Source: the human T2T-CHM13v2.0 reference genome, Homo sapiens. From it: a stretch of DNA of 64,000 nucleotides. Every line of letters starts with the position of its first letter. Position 1 is the stretch's first letter. The notes below the pieces were generated by a model that searched no databases, had not been told where the DNA came from, and worked only from the letters and a program-made list of their open reading frames with translations. This document shows, piece by piece, positions 24,701 to 37,950 of the stretch. The translations under genes and the position numbers were made by a program. The stretch lies in NCBI RefSeq assembly GCF_009914755.1, contig NC_060931.1. One strand, given 5' to 3'.

Positions 24701-27490
24701 TGTTATTCAGCCTATTGGATGTTTCTTGTTCTGGTCCCACTGGTCTGAATCATAAAGAAGGCCAAAGGCTGATCAATAAATATTTCTTTTGAGATGTTAG
24801 AATTACTTGAACTTATAGAAAAGTAAAATTATGATGGTGCAATTAATCATTTCTTTAGAAGTCATAGAAAAGAAGAAGGTGTTGAACAATTAGAGTATGC
24901 TGTAGCAGACTATATTATTTCTCAGTTCGATTTTTCATTGATATCTTTGTAACTGAAAGAAACCATCTAAATTTAGACTGTCTACAAGATGTTACAATGA
25001 TTGTGTTCAATTATCTATTAATTTTTATTCAATTTAGACAACAAATATGCAGTTATTGCTGGGACAAATCCCCTTCTATCTGTTGTTTTTAACATATGTA
25101 AATATAGTCTTTGTATATCCTATTGCATTCTTAATTTTTAAAATAATTGTATTTTTGATCAAAGGAACAATCATCACCTCCACGGCCATATAATATAATA
25201 TGGATGTAGAATAGGAGTTGGCAAAGGTAAATTAGGTTTGATATTAAAGTTTCTTATTTGAATGACAGGAATGATGACTATGACTTAAACAAAATATAAG
25301 ATATAAGACGAAGAAATAGGATTGGGGGATAAATGTAACTTTGACTTGGAACATAAAGTAATTTGCCACTTGGAGATCCAGATGGAGATGTATAGGGAGC
25401 ATCTGATTTTTAAAAATCATGAAAACAATAAATGCATTCATCATTTGAACTACAATGAACATAATTCATTATTTAACTATTCAGAAGTCTTTTTGGATTT
25501 TATTAGGCCTCAGAGTTATCTATGAGAAAACTATTTGGCATTAATAGTTTTTCAAAGGTTTTTGTTGGTCACATGGGGACTAATACTTAGACTAATACAC
25601 CATTCCTGACCTCAAAGAACTTGGGAAAAAGGTCACACGTACAAGTTCTTAAGTGCAGAAATAGGCAATATTTAACATTTACCAGATGAATGATGTAGGC
25701 ATTAAATGCTGAGCCTAGAGAAAGGAAGGATCTGGATAAATTAGAGACATTAGGAAAGCCTCAAGTAAGAGGGAAAAATCAAACTCGTTCCTGTGGAAGG
25801 TGGAAATGGAATAGTAAGAGACAAGGAAAAAAATGTTTTCAAAGCACGCAAGTGGCTTGAATAGAAACAGTGAACACAAGTGGAAGAGCTAGTGTCTGCA
25901 TAATGGAAAGCTCTAAAAACATCCTTTTGGCTGTATTCATGTTTACCTGTAAATCAGAATCTTTTATTATTAATAGGATTGTTAAACCCCATAATGTATT
26001 GTTTTTATCACTACTGCTCATGAGTAGCATCAGAAACCAGGAAAGCCCTATTACAATCACATTGTATTCATAAACTCGGAGGAACTTTCTAAATATTTAC
26101 ATTTCAGCATATTAAGGGTACACTACTTTATTGAGATTTAATATCCTTTACTGTTCACAAATGGTTACCTGATGAGGCAGCATTAGTAGTGAAGGGGAAG
26201 GTGGTTTTGACATCAAAAGCGGCTGTAATCCCAGTTTCATCAAGAGTTACCTTGAAAAGTCTGAGTTTCAGTTTCTTCATCTATAACTACCTCGTGGGAT
26301 TAAGGGAATACATTTCCAGAATTTAACCAAAAAAAAAAATCAACATACTTGTTCCCATCACCCTGCCTATATTATGGCCAGCAAGATGTAGTTTCATAAT
26401 TGTTTTTTTAAAATGGTGTAAATGTAATAAATGAGCTTTGAAAGTAGCCTATGAATTAACTGAAGTGTTTTACAATAAAATAATTTTTGAACTTTTCACA
26501 AGGGAATAAAACTACTTATTAAAATATAAAAATTATGAATGATAAAATATAATGTTATGGTTTGAAAAAAATAGACCGTACCTGGAGGCTGCCTAGAAAT
26601 GCCACCATTGTAAACATGCTGACTAAACAGATATAGAGGGCGGTGTGGCAAAGGTTCTATTTCTTCCAGACACAAAAATATCTGGTAAGTCTTTTGCTAG
26701 GTGTTAATTTCTTCGCCTATAAATAAATTGCATCAGATGTAATAGTGACAAACAGCAACTTTTTATTTAGGAAAAGTTGTGCTCTAGAATTAGCTCTTTC
26801 ATGGGAAAATGTTGCTAGAAATACTGGTAAATTAAAGAAAGTAAAAAAAGAAATCAGAGGTCAAAGCAAGTTCCATAATATGGATAGACAGTAGCACTAG
26901 GGGTCCTGTTGAACTAAATGGGTTTTATGAGATTTGCAAGCAAATGCCTTGAATGTTCACATAATTGCCAATGTCTAAAAACTTAACTCAGTTTACCAAA
27001 GTTAACTTGGAATGAGATATTACCGATATAGAAAATATAAAATACTAGCTAACATATGAACTCTCTGAAGAATGTCTTCATTATATGGATTACACACACA
27101 CATAAGAAAGAGATCAGGTTAAGTGAAAAGCTCGTGTGTGCACACACGTGTGTGTGTGTGTATTTTTTCCACAGAAAAAAGCGGTGCATCAAGGATGAGT
27201 TGAGTGTAACTGGGCAGTATTACACTGCTTCCCATGTTTAATTTCCTAAATAATCAACTGGAATGGCTGTACCAATATTCTGTATATATTCATTGATAGA
27301 ACAAATAGCTTTTAGTTAAAATTATACATACACACAAAGTCAAGAAATTTAGTATATATTCAAATAATTTCTGCTTGTAGATACAATATTAACCTTTTTA
27401 AAACAAAAGGATACAATGTAAACCAATTTAAATTTCAGTGGGTCTAAACTGCATTTTATTTTTATAAATTTATTCAACATTTCTTTTCCA

Positions 27491-27965
27491 GACACACTCG
27501 TAGATGTTATTGTAGCACTATTCACAATAGCAAAGTCATGGAGTGAACCTAAGTGTCCATTGATGGTGGATTAGATAAAGAAAAAGTATATATACACTAT
27601 GGAATACTATGCACCCCTTAAAAATAATGAAATTATGTCCTTTGCAACAACATGGATCCACCTGGAGGCCATTATCCTAAGTGAATTAACATAGAAACAG
27701 AAACTCAAATACTGCATGTGCTCACTTATAAGTGAGAGATAAATAATTGGTATATATGGCCATAAAGATGGAAACAACAGACACAGGGGACGATAGAATT
27801 ATGAAGAGAAAGAGGGGAGCAAGGTTTGAAAAACCACCTCATGATTACTACATTTACAATATGAGGAATGGAAGTCCAAACCCCAGCCTTATGCAATAAA
27901 CCCATGTAACAAACCTGCACATGGACCCCTTGAATCTAAAATAAAATAAAAATGTAAAAAAGAAA
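27491..27965 (+). mobile_element. L1 3' end fragment (L1PB/L1MA-like)
   Basis: 'gcactattcacaatagcaaag...ctggaggccattatcctaagtgaa...cccatgtaacaaacctgcacatg...tgaatctaaaataaaa' followed by an A-rich tail. Confidence 0.85.
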
Positions 27966-28709
27966 TTAATAATGGCTAAAAAGTTATGTTCAGCATTTTA
28001 TTTATACAGTTACATTCTGGAAAGAAATGTTATTTTAAAATTAGGTATCTAGAAAATAGTGTAACTTTAATTCTTAATTGCTCATTATTTGTCCACAGTT
28101 TTCAAGAATTCTAATATAGCTATCTTTTTAGGTAAGATAGAAGAATAAATGAAGCGATCTTCTGAAGTACTTTTAACTTTCTAATTTTATAAAATAAAGT
28201 TTCCTTTCCTTCTCTGACTCCCAGAGGAAATACTGTAATAATAGTACCTCCAACACTGAGAATTCAAACAAAGAAGGCAGGGCTTGGAGAGTGCCTTAGT
28301 TAAACTCCTGTTGACCAATTGGGCTATTCCTGATCCATCAGTGTTGACAATGTATGGTCCTGGTAATAGTGATGTCATTCACCCCTTATGAGAATTCAGT
28401 TGATGATGGAGTTTTTTCTTCTCTGGCGTATGCATTAAAACACTACAAACTTGTTTTCTAGTTAACTAATTCAGACCTCAAGGGAAAAACAAAGTTATTG
28501 AGGTTATTTGACATGGAAAATAGAAGTCTGTGAGAGAAACAATATAATTTTGCTTGATTTTAATGTATAAGGATAGGGATTCCAACATTTAATTCAACTG
28601 AAAGAGTAAATAAATGACTAAAGACAGAACAACGTAAGTGGCTACATTAAAGTCATGGAACTTTTCTGATAGAACACATTATTGAAGAACATAATCTTCC
28701 CAAGAGATA

Positions 28710-29062
28710 TGTATTAGTTTGTTCTCACACTGCTAATAAAGAGATACCTGAGACTACGTAACTTATAAAGGAAAGAGGTTTAATGGACTTACAGTTTCAC
28801 TTGGCTGGGGAGGCCTCACAATCATGACGGAAGACAAAGAAGCGAAGGCACATCTTACATGACAGCAGGCAAGACAGCTTGTGCAGGTGAATTCCCATTT
28901 ATAAAACCATCAGATCTCACGAGATTTATTCACTACCACGAGAACAGTATGGGGGAACCCACCCCCATGATTCAATTATCTCCACCTGGCCCCACCCTTA
29001 ACACGTGGGGATTATTACAATTCAAGGTAAGATTTGGATGGGGACACAGCCAAACCATATCA
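28710..29062 (-). mobile_element. THE1-family solo LTR, same orientation as PPP1R3A
   Basis: TGTATTAG...GCCAAACCATATCA termini; TSD AGATA/AGATG. Confidence 0.93.
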
Positions 29063-32000
29063 AGATGATTAAGAAGAAAATATATAACCATTTGACCTGG
29101 GTGTTTTCTGAATACTGCTAAAAGCAAAGGATAGAATTAGATAGTCTCTCCTACAAAAGGATTCAACAAAAACTGTTCAGAAATCAAGTACTGTATTAAC
29201 ATTGGAAACAATAATTATAACTATATTTACACTAAATACTAAATACAATAAACACAATAATCTTATGCACCTACTTAAGATTATATGTGAACAATATAAT
29301 CTATTTTCTGCTGCAGCTAAATGTGACTTTTTAAAACTTCAATTTTTCTATTGGTAAGTACTTACAAGATTTAAGTTGTTTTAACATATAATAAAATTAT
29401 TTATAAATATTAATCTTCAAAAGGTGAGGTTGATAGACTATATTTTGTTTTTCAAATATAGTTTGTGAAACTGAAATTTATCTTAGCAACTCTATGTGAT
29501 TTGTAATTGTGTTAACACATCCACAGTAATTTTTAGAAATGAAAATCAGCTGGAGGTTATTCATACAGATTTATAGTCAATAGGTTAGGTTTGTACCATG
29601 GCTTAATTCTCTAAATACCACGGATGATATTCTGATGGTGTCAATGGGCTAAGAAATGTTTTCACATAATTAGGAAAAGCATTTTCACTATTCAGTATAA
29701 TTTACAAATATCAATGGGGAGGGTACTTGAATCCTTTTTACTACTGCAAATTTCAAAAGGTGTAAATAAAAATCAAAACCATGACTACACATAAGACAAC
29801 CATTACCTTACAATATTAAAATTCAATTCATAGTTGTGACTTGAATAGTGCTGATATACAACACAGACAGATCATTTTCAGAGTAACTTGGTGTGGAGGG
29901 AATTTTAGAATTTCCTACGACAGGTTTGTTTAATTGGTCTCTGTCCCTGAGCAATGCAGTATAACAGTTAAATTTAGCAAATTCCTTGTTTTCATCTTTT
30001 TATCATAAGATCTTTAAACAGCAGGATGGCATGATTAAGGCTTCAAAACCAGTTGTTATTTTTATTTAACAGATAATAACACTACCATGCTAGTTAACCT
30101 AGTAAAGCTATTGAAGCAGCAGAATGGACACCAGAAAAGATTTGAGAGATAATACTCTGAAAAGAGATATATTCCTTTTCGTATAGTTGTGGGATACATA
30201 GAATGCTTTAAAACAGAGGAATGACCGAAATTTGATGTTGCATAATGTATTTTCTTAGAAGAAGAGAATTATATAAACTTCAATTTCATCTTCTATTCAT
30301 AGGCATAAAGAGATAATAAGGTGAATTGTGTGCAATCAACTCAGATATTTAGTCCAAAAGAACCATCTTCAGAAGAACTACCTTAAGAAAAACATGTCCT
30401 CAGTTTCCAATTTATGAACAGGTGATGTTCCAAAGCTTTTTTTGTGTGTGACCCAGAAGTTGCTAAAATTTGGAAATCATTTACCCATAGAAGCAATGCT
30501 ATAAATACTCGTCTCCCTGGCTAGTCCCCCAAGACTTATTGAACCATAACATGATTAATTTTGAAACTATTTGTTTTAGCCTGGGTCCTGGTAGCAGGAA
30601 TGATGAGGGAAAACAGCATTTCTCCGTTAATCTTGGGCACAGTACTAGCCATACACAAGATTGGAAAATGTGGAATTTATCACCAATGTCATTAATACTA
30701 CCACTTTGAGTATCTACAAAATGTCAGCAACTGGAATAGATGCTTGTATGTGTTAGCTAATGTATTCCTCATAGCAACTCTGCCAAGTAGAAATTATTAT
30801 CCCTATTTTACACTTGAATAAAATAGATACAAAATATAATTTATCCAAGTCAAGCAGATAGTAATTAGTTAGAATTAAAGCCTCAAGGTCTTGCCTTACT
30901 TTAAAGCCCTTGCTGTTTCCATTATGCTTCAATGTTTTTGGAATTCTCCATCCTCCATATACACATGTACTTCAGACCCCATGAGTCTCATACTACTATG
31001 GAACCCTATCACAACGTACTTAAATCTACCTTGTATTCTGTAGTGCTCTCTGCTCTAAAATCAGACATTTCCATTTTCTCAATCCAAACTCAAAGTGCCT
31101 CTGTGCAACTGACCTCAATGGGTATAAGATTGAAATAGCTCCTGCCACCCTCGAGGGGTCTCCATTTAAGAAGGAAAATCTCACACATGTGTGTGCATGT
31201 GTACATACATATATAAGCATACAACACACACACACATATATATATACACAAACACATATATGTAAATTTTAGGCAAGGTTACAAAATGAGGTGTCAGATT
31301 ATAGAGGATTTTTTAAGTTTGATAGGGCCCTGGGCAATCGGATCCACTTCAGATATCTGCCCTTGAGGTCTTTTCCCCTGCATTATTTCCTGTTGAGGGG
31401 TAGGGGTAAAAACCTGGAATAGGGATGAGAGTCACAGTTAGCAGAAGTGGAGGAAGGTGAAAAACTAAGTTGACCCACTTCATAACGGTGCCATCTTTTT
31501 CTTCTTCCTTTTTTCTTTTCTTTTCTTTTTTTGCCAGGAGCATTTTTGGCTCAGAAATAGTGGGCTCTGCTTTATTTTTACAGGCTGCAGATGGGCTTCA
31601 GGTGGGGAGGGATAGGCTCTCAGAGATCCCAGAGGATCCATTTGAGGCATGGCATTCATAGTGACTCCTTTCAGCCACAGCATGAGAGACACCCTGAAGG
31701 AGGATACCCTTTTGTTCCTCTTCTCTCAGAAAAGTTTCAAAATCACTCTAGGGAAAGTCTAGGATGGGGTATGGATTTCCACAAAACCAGGAAACCATGA
31801 AGCCTTGGTGGACCTCCAAGGAAACTTGAAGCCAGTTGGCACCTCGCTGTCAACCAGCTGGCTGCTTTCAAACACCCTCCTGATGGGCCCTGCACAGCTG
31901 TGTTTTATGTTTCCACGTGGCCTTGCCAGAGGTCCCTCCTTAAACAGACCCAGCTTCCACAATTAGTGTGGACTCAAAACGAGTTAGTTATGGCATACGT

Positions 32001-33464
32001 GAGGTCCCAAAGGCCTCGTGGGGCTATTTACACCTCTTTGGACTATTTCCAGGACCCCAGATTATACTGTATGCGTAAATTAAGGAAGTCTCACAATCCA
32101 ACAGCTCTGACTGAAACACACAATGTAGCCATATCTTAGACCCCATTTCCCAATGCTTTTCTTGGCCTCATTTTCACAATTTTACCACCCTGAAAGATAA
32201 ACCCTCTGTATTCTTAAAATTATGTTTTAGAAAGGAGTTCTCTCTTTCCTGTTCCTGAACGTACCTGGTTTTTTTCCTACAGTACAAAAATTGAGGACTA
32301 ATCAATTTTCTCCTTTGGCATTAAAGTCATTTAGGACTTTATTTGCATTCACCTGGCCAAGTTATAAATACCATCAAACACCTATATCATGCAGTTTCTT
32401 TACTTAAAATAATAAATTGGTTTCACTTAATAAAATACAAAACCAGATGAACTCAACCGGTGTACCCAGCCATTAGGAACATACATTTAGCAGGCAGTGG
32501 GGAAAAAAAGCCAAGATGCTGAGAAGGGAGACCACCCCCCAGGCCAGTAAGTACACAGTGTCAGCTCTAGGTCACATATTCTAGAAAACCTCAAGTGGAA
32601 ATAATTCTTATTTCATTTTTTATCTATGGCTTCTACTGTATACCCAGAGAATCTGAACTTGGTTTTGGTGTTTTCTCTCTTCCCTTCATTTCTCTCTGCT
32701 TTTCAAGGCCTTTTCCCTTGGGGCCTCTTCTTGTCTTCACAGGCGCCTGTCTCCAGCCACATTTCTCAGTTATCGATACTGCTGCCTAACAACTCAGAAC
32801 CTGACATACAGTTCTTTAGTAAACATTTGTTGAATAAGTTTTGGAGCCTGAAACAAGGAAACCTATGATGTATGGAGAAATAATGCAAGTTCAAGAGTCA
32901 GGACATTAGCTGAACAAGATTTGATAATAAAAGGGACAATTGTGATGAAGGGCTTTTGATGATATCCTCATGTGTGTCTAACATGCTATATTAAAAGCTT
33001 TAAGTATATAAACTTATTTTAATCAATGTGACACTAGACATCATGACCCTTATTTGACAGGTGAATAAACTGAGGCTTTGAGCTCTGAAGTAATATGCCC
33101 ACAGCCACATAGCTACTAAGTGTAAACTTTACTGAAATTAATATGCATGTCTGTTCAATCCTAAATGAATGCCTTTTTATCCCTTTTGGTCTAGTTCTTC
33201 ATTTTTTCATCTATTAAATGTGGAAATTTTAACATTCCTAAGTTCTCTTCCAGCTTTAAGATAATTCATATATAAAGTGACACATTTCTCAAGAAAATTT
33301 ACAGTTCAGTTAGTCTTCCTTGTTGATTAAAATCTTGCAAGAGACAAAGGAATGGCTCTCCAAAGCTGAAAATTTAGAAGCCCTGAAATGAAAGAGGAGA
33401 AGAACTTTGGTGCAGCTTGAGCCTTGCAGTTTTTCAGATACACCTAAAGCTGAAGTTACCATTG

Positions 33465-33700
33465 TCTTTTTACAGCAGTTAACATTTACTGATAACTTAT
33501 TATGTTCCAGACACTGTGCTAAAAGTTTATATGTATTACTTCACCGAAATCTCAACCCCTATGAGATAGAGCTGTAGTTGTTCTCAATTAACATACCAGA
33601 AAAACAAGCTTAACTTGCCCAAGTTCATATTGCTAGCATGTAGGAGAGCTTGGATTCAAACTCAGATATCTTTAACTTTGAAGCCTAAAATCCTAACTTT
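33465..33700. mobile_element. MIR
   Basis: 'acttattatgttccagacactgtgcta...aacccctatgagatag...aacttgcccaagttcata...ggattcaaactcag' MIR core. Several other MIR-like relics in the window are not listed individually. Confidence 0.65.
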
Positions 33701-34333
33701 GAGGTTATATTGTTTTGCATGCCATTTTAGCTTATTTGTCTATGTACATTTAATGTGATTTATATCAATGTCATTTTTGTCATTGATTTTAAAATAAAAC
33801 CCATCAGATATATCAGGAATCTGCTTAGTTTGCTAGCATATGTGGTGATACTTAAGTATCTCATGATGCATGCCTTTCGGTGCAATTAAATATCTTTGGG
33901 TCACTCTCAATCACATGCCTATGAGTTACAAGCTCTGCCTCCCCTTCTCTCTACATATTTCTTTCTGTCCAAAGTGTACAGACTATCAGGCATCAAAAGA
34001 AAATAGACAACCCACACCAATGTGGAGATTTGCAAACTCTTAACATGAGAAAAATCTCCATAGAGAAAACATAATGCCTGGGTGGGTGATTGACTTAACA
34101 GAAATCCTACCTAAATGTATTTCCACATTCATTCATTCCATACTTATTAGAAGGGATTATTGACACTTTCAGAAGATACAATCTCAGGCACCCTGATAGC
34201 AAATTAACTTTTTTATTAAGAAGAATTGAAGTTAGCTGTTATTCTCTACACTAGGGCAGCCTGATTTTCATTTTAGCTATGACTGATATTACATACTATT
34301 ACTAATCTATTTGCAGGTATAAAGAAAAAATCA

Positions 34334-34448
34334 TATATATATATGTATGTATATGTATATACATATATACATATACATATATACATACATATACATACAT
34401 ATATACATATACATATATATACACATACATATATATACATATATATAT
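34334..34448. repeat. (TATACA/TACA)n compound microsatellite
   Basis: Directly visible. Confidence 0.93.
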
Positions 34449-37022
34449 TCTGTTTTTACCTTCTGAAAGAAATAACCTCCAAATTAAGCTACATAGGAAG
34501 TGTAGAAATGCTCAGAAATGACCCATTTAGATTCTGTAACTATTTGGAGAGAAGAGATTTTAGTAGCTATAATTTTTGATCAAATAAGTATTAGTTCATT
34601 TTTATTTTAGTCAAGTACACATTTTGTAAAATAACACCGATAAGGTGTGCTATTTTTCTCTAACCAAACTCTTCACAATAAAATCCAACTGCAATATTCA
34701 TTTAGAAATTTGATAATGCTCTCTTGTGTGAGTTTTAGGAATATTTGAAACCCCATTGCATATAAATTATATCATGGAAAAGCTGTATAAATATTCTATT
34801 ATGGCACATGCTGTTCTAAGGATCTGTCAGGATTTCCTTTATACACTCCATTTTGAGTGGTATATAAATCAGATGTAAAAATTCATGTTGGACTGAAATT
34901 CAGCACAAAATGCCTCCTCCAGAGGCAAATGCTTTTTTCAAAATGTGGTTCGAATTATGTTGGTCATTTTTAAGTTACAGAAGTGCAGAAAATGTATTTG
35001 TGGTTTTGAGGGAGAGAGATTTTTTCCATTTTTATAACTCATTAGGAAACTTTACAGGCCTTCAGACCATTTTGTGGTTTAGTTCTTCTCAGGTTTTTCC
35101 CCAAAGCAATATTAAAACTTGAATGGTGTCCGCTGTGAATCCAATGATTACTGTTCTGAATACAAATGTATGTGTGGATACATATAGTTCTACATATCTT
35201 CAACTAGGAGAAGTTCCAAAAATATTATGACCAAGGTAGAAGATGAGGCCTATCAGTTGGCTAGTCTTTGCCTTGGTATCAGTCAAGTTTGGCATATCAA
35301 AGGAATCAAAGGAATCCCCTATCCAAACCACAGTTCAGCAGGTATTGCTTGAATTTTAAAACTGCATTAAATTGCAGAAAAATCCGCTGAGTTCAACACT
35401 GCCTCTTTTATGAGCTTTTAGACAATAATGCTGCGCCTTTTCTAAATTTTGGTTTCTCTAACATATAGAGCAAGTTGCAGTGTGTTTAACAGATATTCAC
35501 TAATGCTTATCTCATTTCTAAAGTATTTAATATGTATATATTATGCATATAAATTAGTTTGCTAAATAATGTTGAACTTATTTTGTTAGTGTAGCTAATG
35601 TGTTAGAGTAATTTCATAAACATCTAAATTATTATTTTAGCCTATGTAGAGATTATTATACTCTCTTTCCTAACAGCATCAGTTAAAATCAAAGAAAGTT
35701 TGATTTAGACCAAGAAAGTTGGCCTAATTCACAAAGTTGATTAAGCCAATATTTCAGATGACTTTAAAGGAAAATGAAAATAAACATAATATATATGTTT
35801 GAATTGCTTCCATCTATACTGCATTTAGTTTATTAATACATTGGAACAATGCATTTAGTAGTTATTATTTATCGTTTAAAGCACAATTTTTAAAAAAATT
35901 TCCCAATATCGTATCTTATGCTTTGTATTAAATTCCCCTTAGAGAATTAAATCTGGGTGTCTTGATTCCAAAACAGTTCCCTTTCCTATTTCCTATATTT
36001 CCTATTTCCTACATTACACTATTTCTGGTACAGTTACCAAAATCCTTGGGTTTAGGGACAGTTAAGATGGACCACTCAGAGGATGATCAAACATTTGCCT
36101 GTGGCTGGAGCAATGTAGACTTTCCCTCTGGGATACTGAGGAGCAGAAGGGGTCTCACTTCTCCTGAATGTTTTCTCTACTTACCTAGTGTCACAGAAAT
36201 TAGCCAGCTATGTACTATCGAGACAGCTGAATGCCAGTTTTTCTTATTTTTCACATTAACAAGAGAGTAAGGTTACTAATGAGGGGTCACATCCCAAATC
36301 TCTAATCTATATAGCTGAATATCCCTATTTATATTTGGGTCATTTTTTGTTCTGCTCCATTGACTTTTACTAAATTATACTAATTTGTGTTCCATAATGT
36401 TATTCTTGGTTATAATTAATGAAATTTTGTGTGTAACTCATATATCACTGATATACTTATGTCTTTCTGTTAATCATTAAGGTCATTTCTTTTATAATTT
36501 AAATTAACATGTATCACTTCAAACATCCCTGTATAACTCAAAACAGTTATGAAGAAGTTCTTTGCAGCTTTTGGGAGAAGTTTACAAATTTCTGAGAACT
36601 AGATACATATTGAAATATAGTTTTATGTTAATCAAAACTGTTTCAAAGGAAAGCATAGACATTTAAAAACGACTGAAAATAAAAGTACTTTAAATGTCAA
36701 AGTAAATAATTTTATATGTGAATAATCTAGATTTCATGGTTTGAGCAGGAATAATTTATAACTCATTAGGCAAGTAATATACACAGTGCACTTCTCTCCC
36801 AACCTATTGCATTACAGCCATATTTTTTCTCACATTTGTAGAAAGGGTTACACAGTGCTATTATTTGAATAGCTTTGACCTTGTTAAAGCCTGGCACCAT
36901 TGTTTTTTACATAGCAAGCAGTATATTTTTAAATAGAGTCACTTTCTTACAACACATGAAATAAAGAATGACATAAAAACTTTAAGATTGTGAATAATAA
37001 AATATGTAAGATATATCCTCAC

Positions 37023-37804
37023 CTTGATTTTACCTTTAAGCAGCCTTTTATTTGTCTGTTAGGAACTTCTTTCCATGGTTTTACAGGCTCCGGCTCTTGT
37101 TCTTTCTTTTGACAAATGAATGTATAATTTGTGCCATTATTATTTGACCAAAATGTACCAACAGAAGTTTCATAACGTATACAAAACTCAACTTTACTGC
37201 CATCTTTTTGATAAGGAGGAACCAATACAATCTTAAAGGAGAACTGGTCAGTTTCACCATCACATGAATTAGGAACATATTCTGCTAAAATGTCATAATG
37301 TGTCTGCCAGTCATCTAAAGACATTCTTACATATACTAACTTCTCAAAAGAAACATTCAAAACTCGAATAATACCCTTGATACTTGTAGACCCAAGAAGA
37401 GACTCAGTTGACTCCAGTATTGCTTTCTGTATTTGGAGTTGTTGCATAAGATCTTCTTTTGAAGAAGGCAAGTCAAACAGTGGGGCTAAAACATATTCTT
37501 CTGTGTGGAAAATGTCCGTCCCTAAGTCAAAAGTGGTTGAAGCACTCGGTAATTCCCAGCAATCAAATTCTTTAACAGACACAAGATTGAATCCAAAGGA
37601 ATCAGCAAATGAAACTCTTCTAGTACCTGAAGATGGGGTATCCAGGTATATGTCTTCAGAAGAATCAGAACCTCGTCTACTTGGTTGAGGGGAGAAACCA
37701 GGTTGGAAAGTAACTTCTTCATCTTCACAAAGAGAGTCAGATAAATTAGGAACTTCTAAAAAATTATCTTTGCTAATCTGACTAGGTACTTCAGAAGGCT
37801 CCAT
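37023..37804 (-). CDS. PPP1R3A: PPP1R3A coding exon 1 (codons 1-260 plus 2 nt): PP1-binding RVxF motif, phosphorylation sites and CBM21 glycogen-binding domain
   Basis: ORF MEPSEVPSQISKDNFLEV... contains SPQPSRRGS (S46 PKA site, S38/S42 in GSK3-type spacing), RRVSF (RVxF, S65), and the CBM21 motifs GIIRVLNVSFEKLVYVR and WSNNNGTNY. ATG at 37804; donor AAG|GTGAGG after 37023 (phase 2). Confidence 0.98.
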
Positions 37805-37849
37805 TGGGCTCTCTGATATCAAATAAGAGAGAACTGTACGACTAGTAGA

Positions 37850-37950
37850 GGCTGACATTTGAGATACTGAGGCTTAAAATAGGTATAATGTTACAGTTGA
37901 CATTGCAAAAAGAACTCAGCTCTATAAATAGGTCCAATGGCGTGTCAACT
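37850..37950 (-). promoter_or_regulatory. PPP1R3A proximal promoter: MEF2 site, E-boxes, CCAAT
   Basis: CTATAAATAG at 37922-37931 is a perfect CTA(A/T)4TAG MEF2 site. E-boxes CATTTG (37856-37861) and CAGTTG (37894-37899); CCAAT at 37934-37938; an A/T-rich CTTAAAATAG at 37873-37882. All lie 50-135 bp upstream of the ATG of a muscle-restricted gene. Confidence 0.7.

Noticed and set aside
37377-37688. 103-aa ORF antisense to exon 1
   Set aside because: Shadow frame of the coding exon with no independent support.
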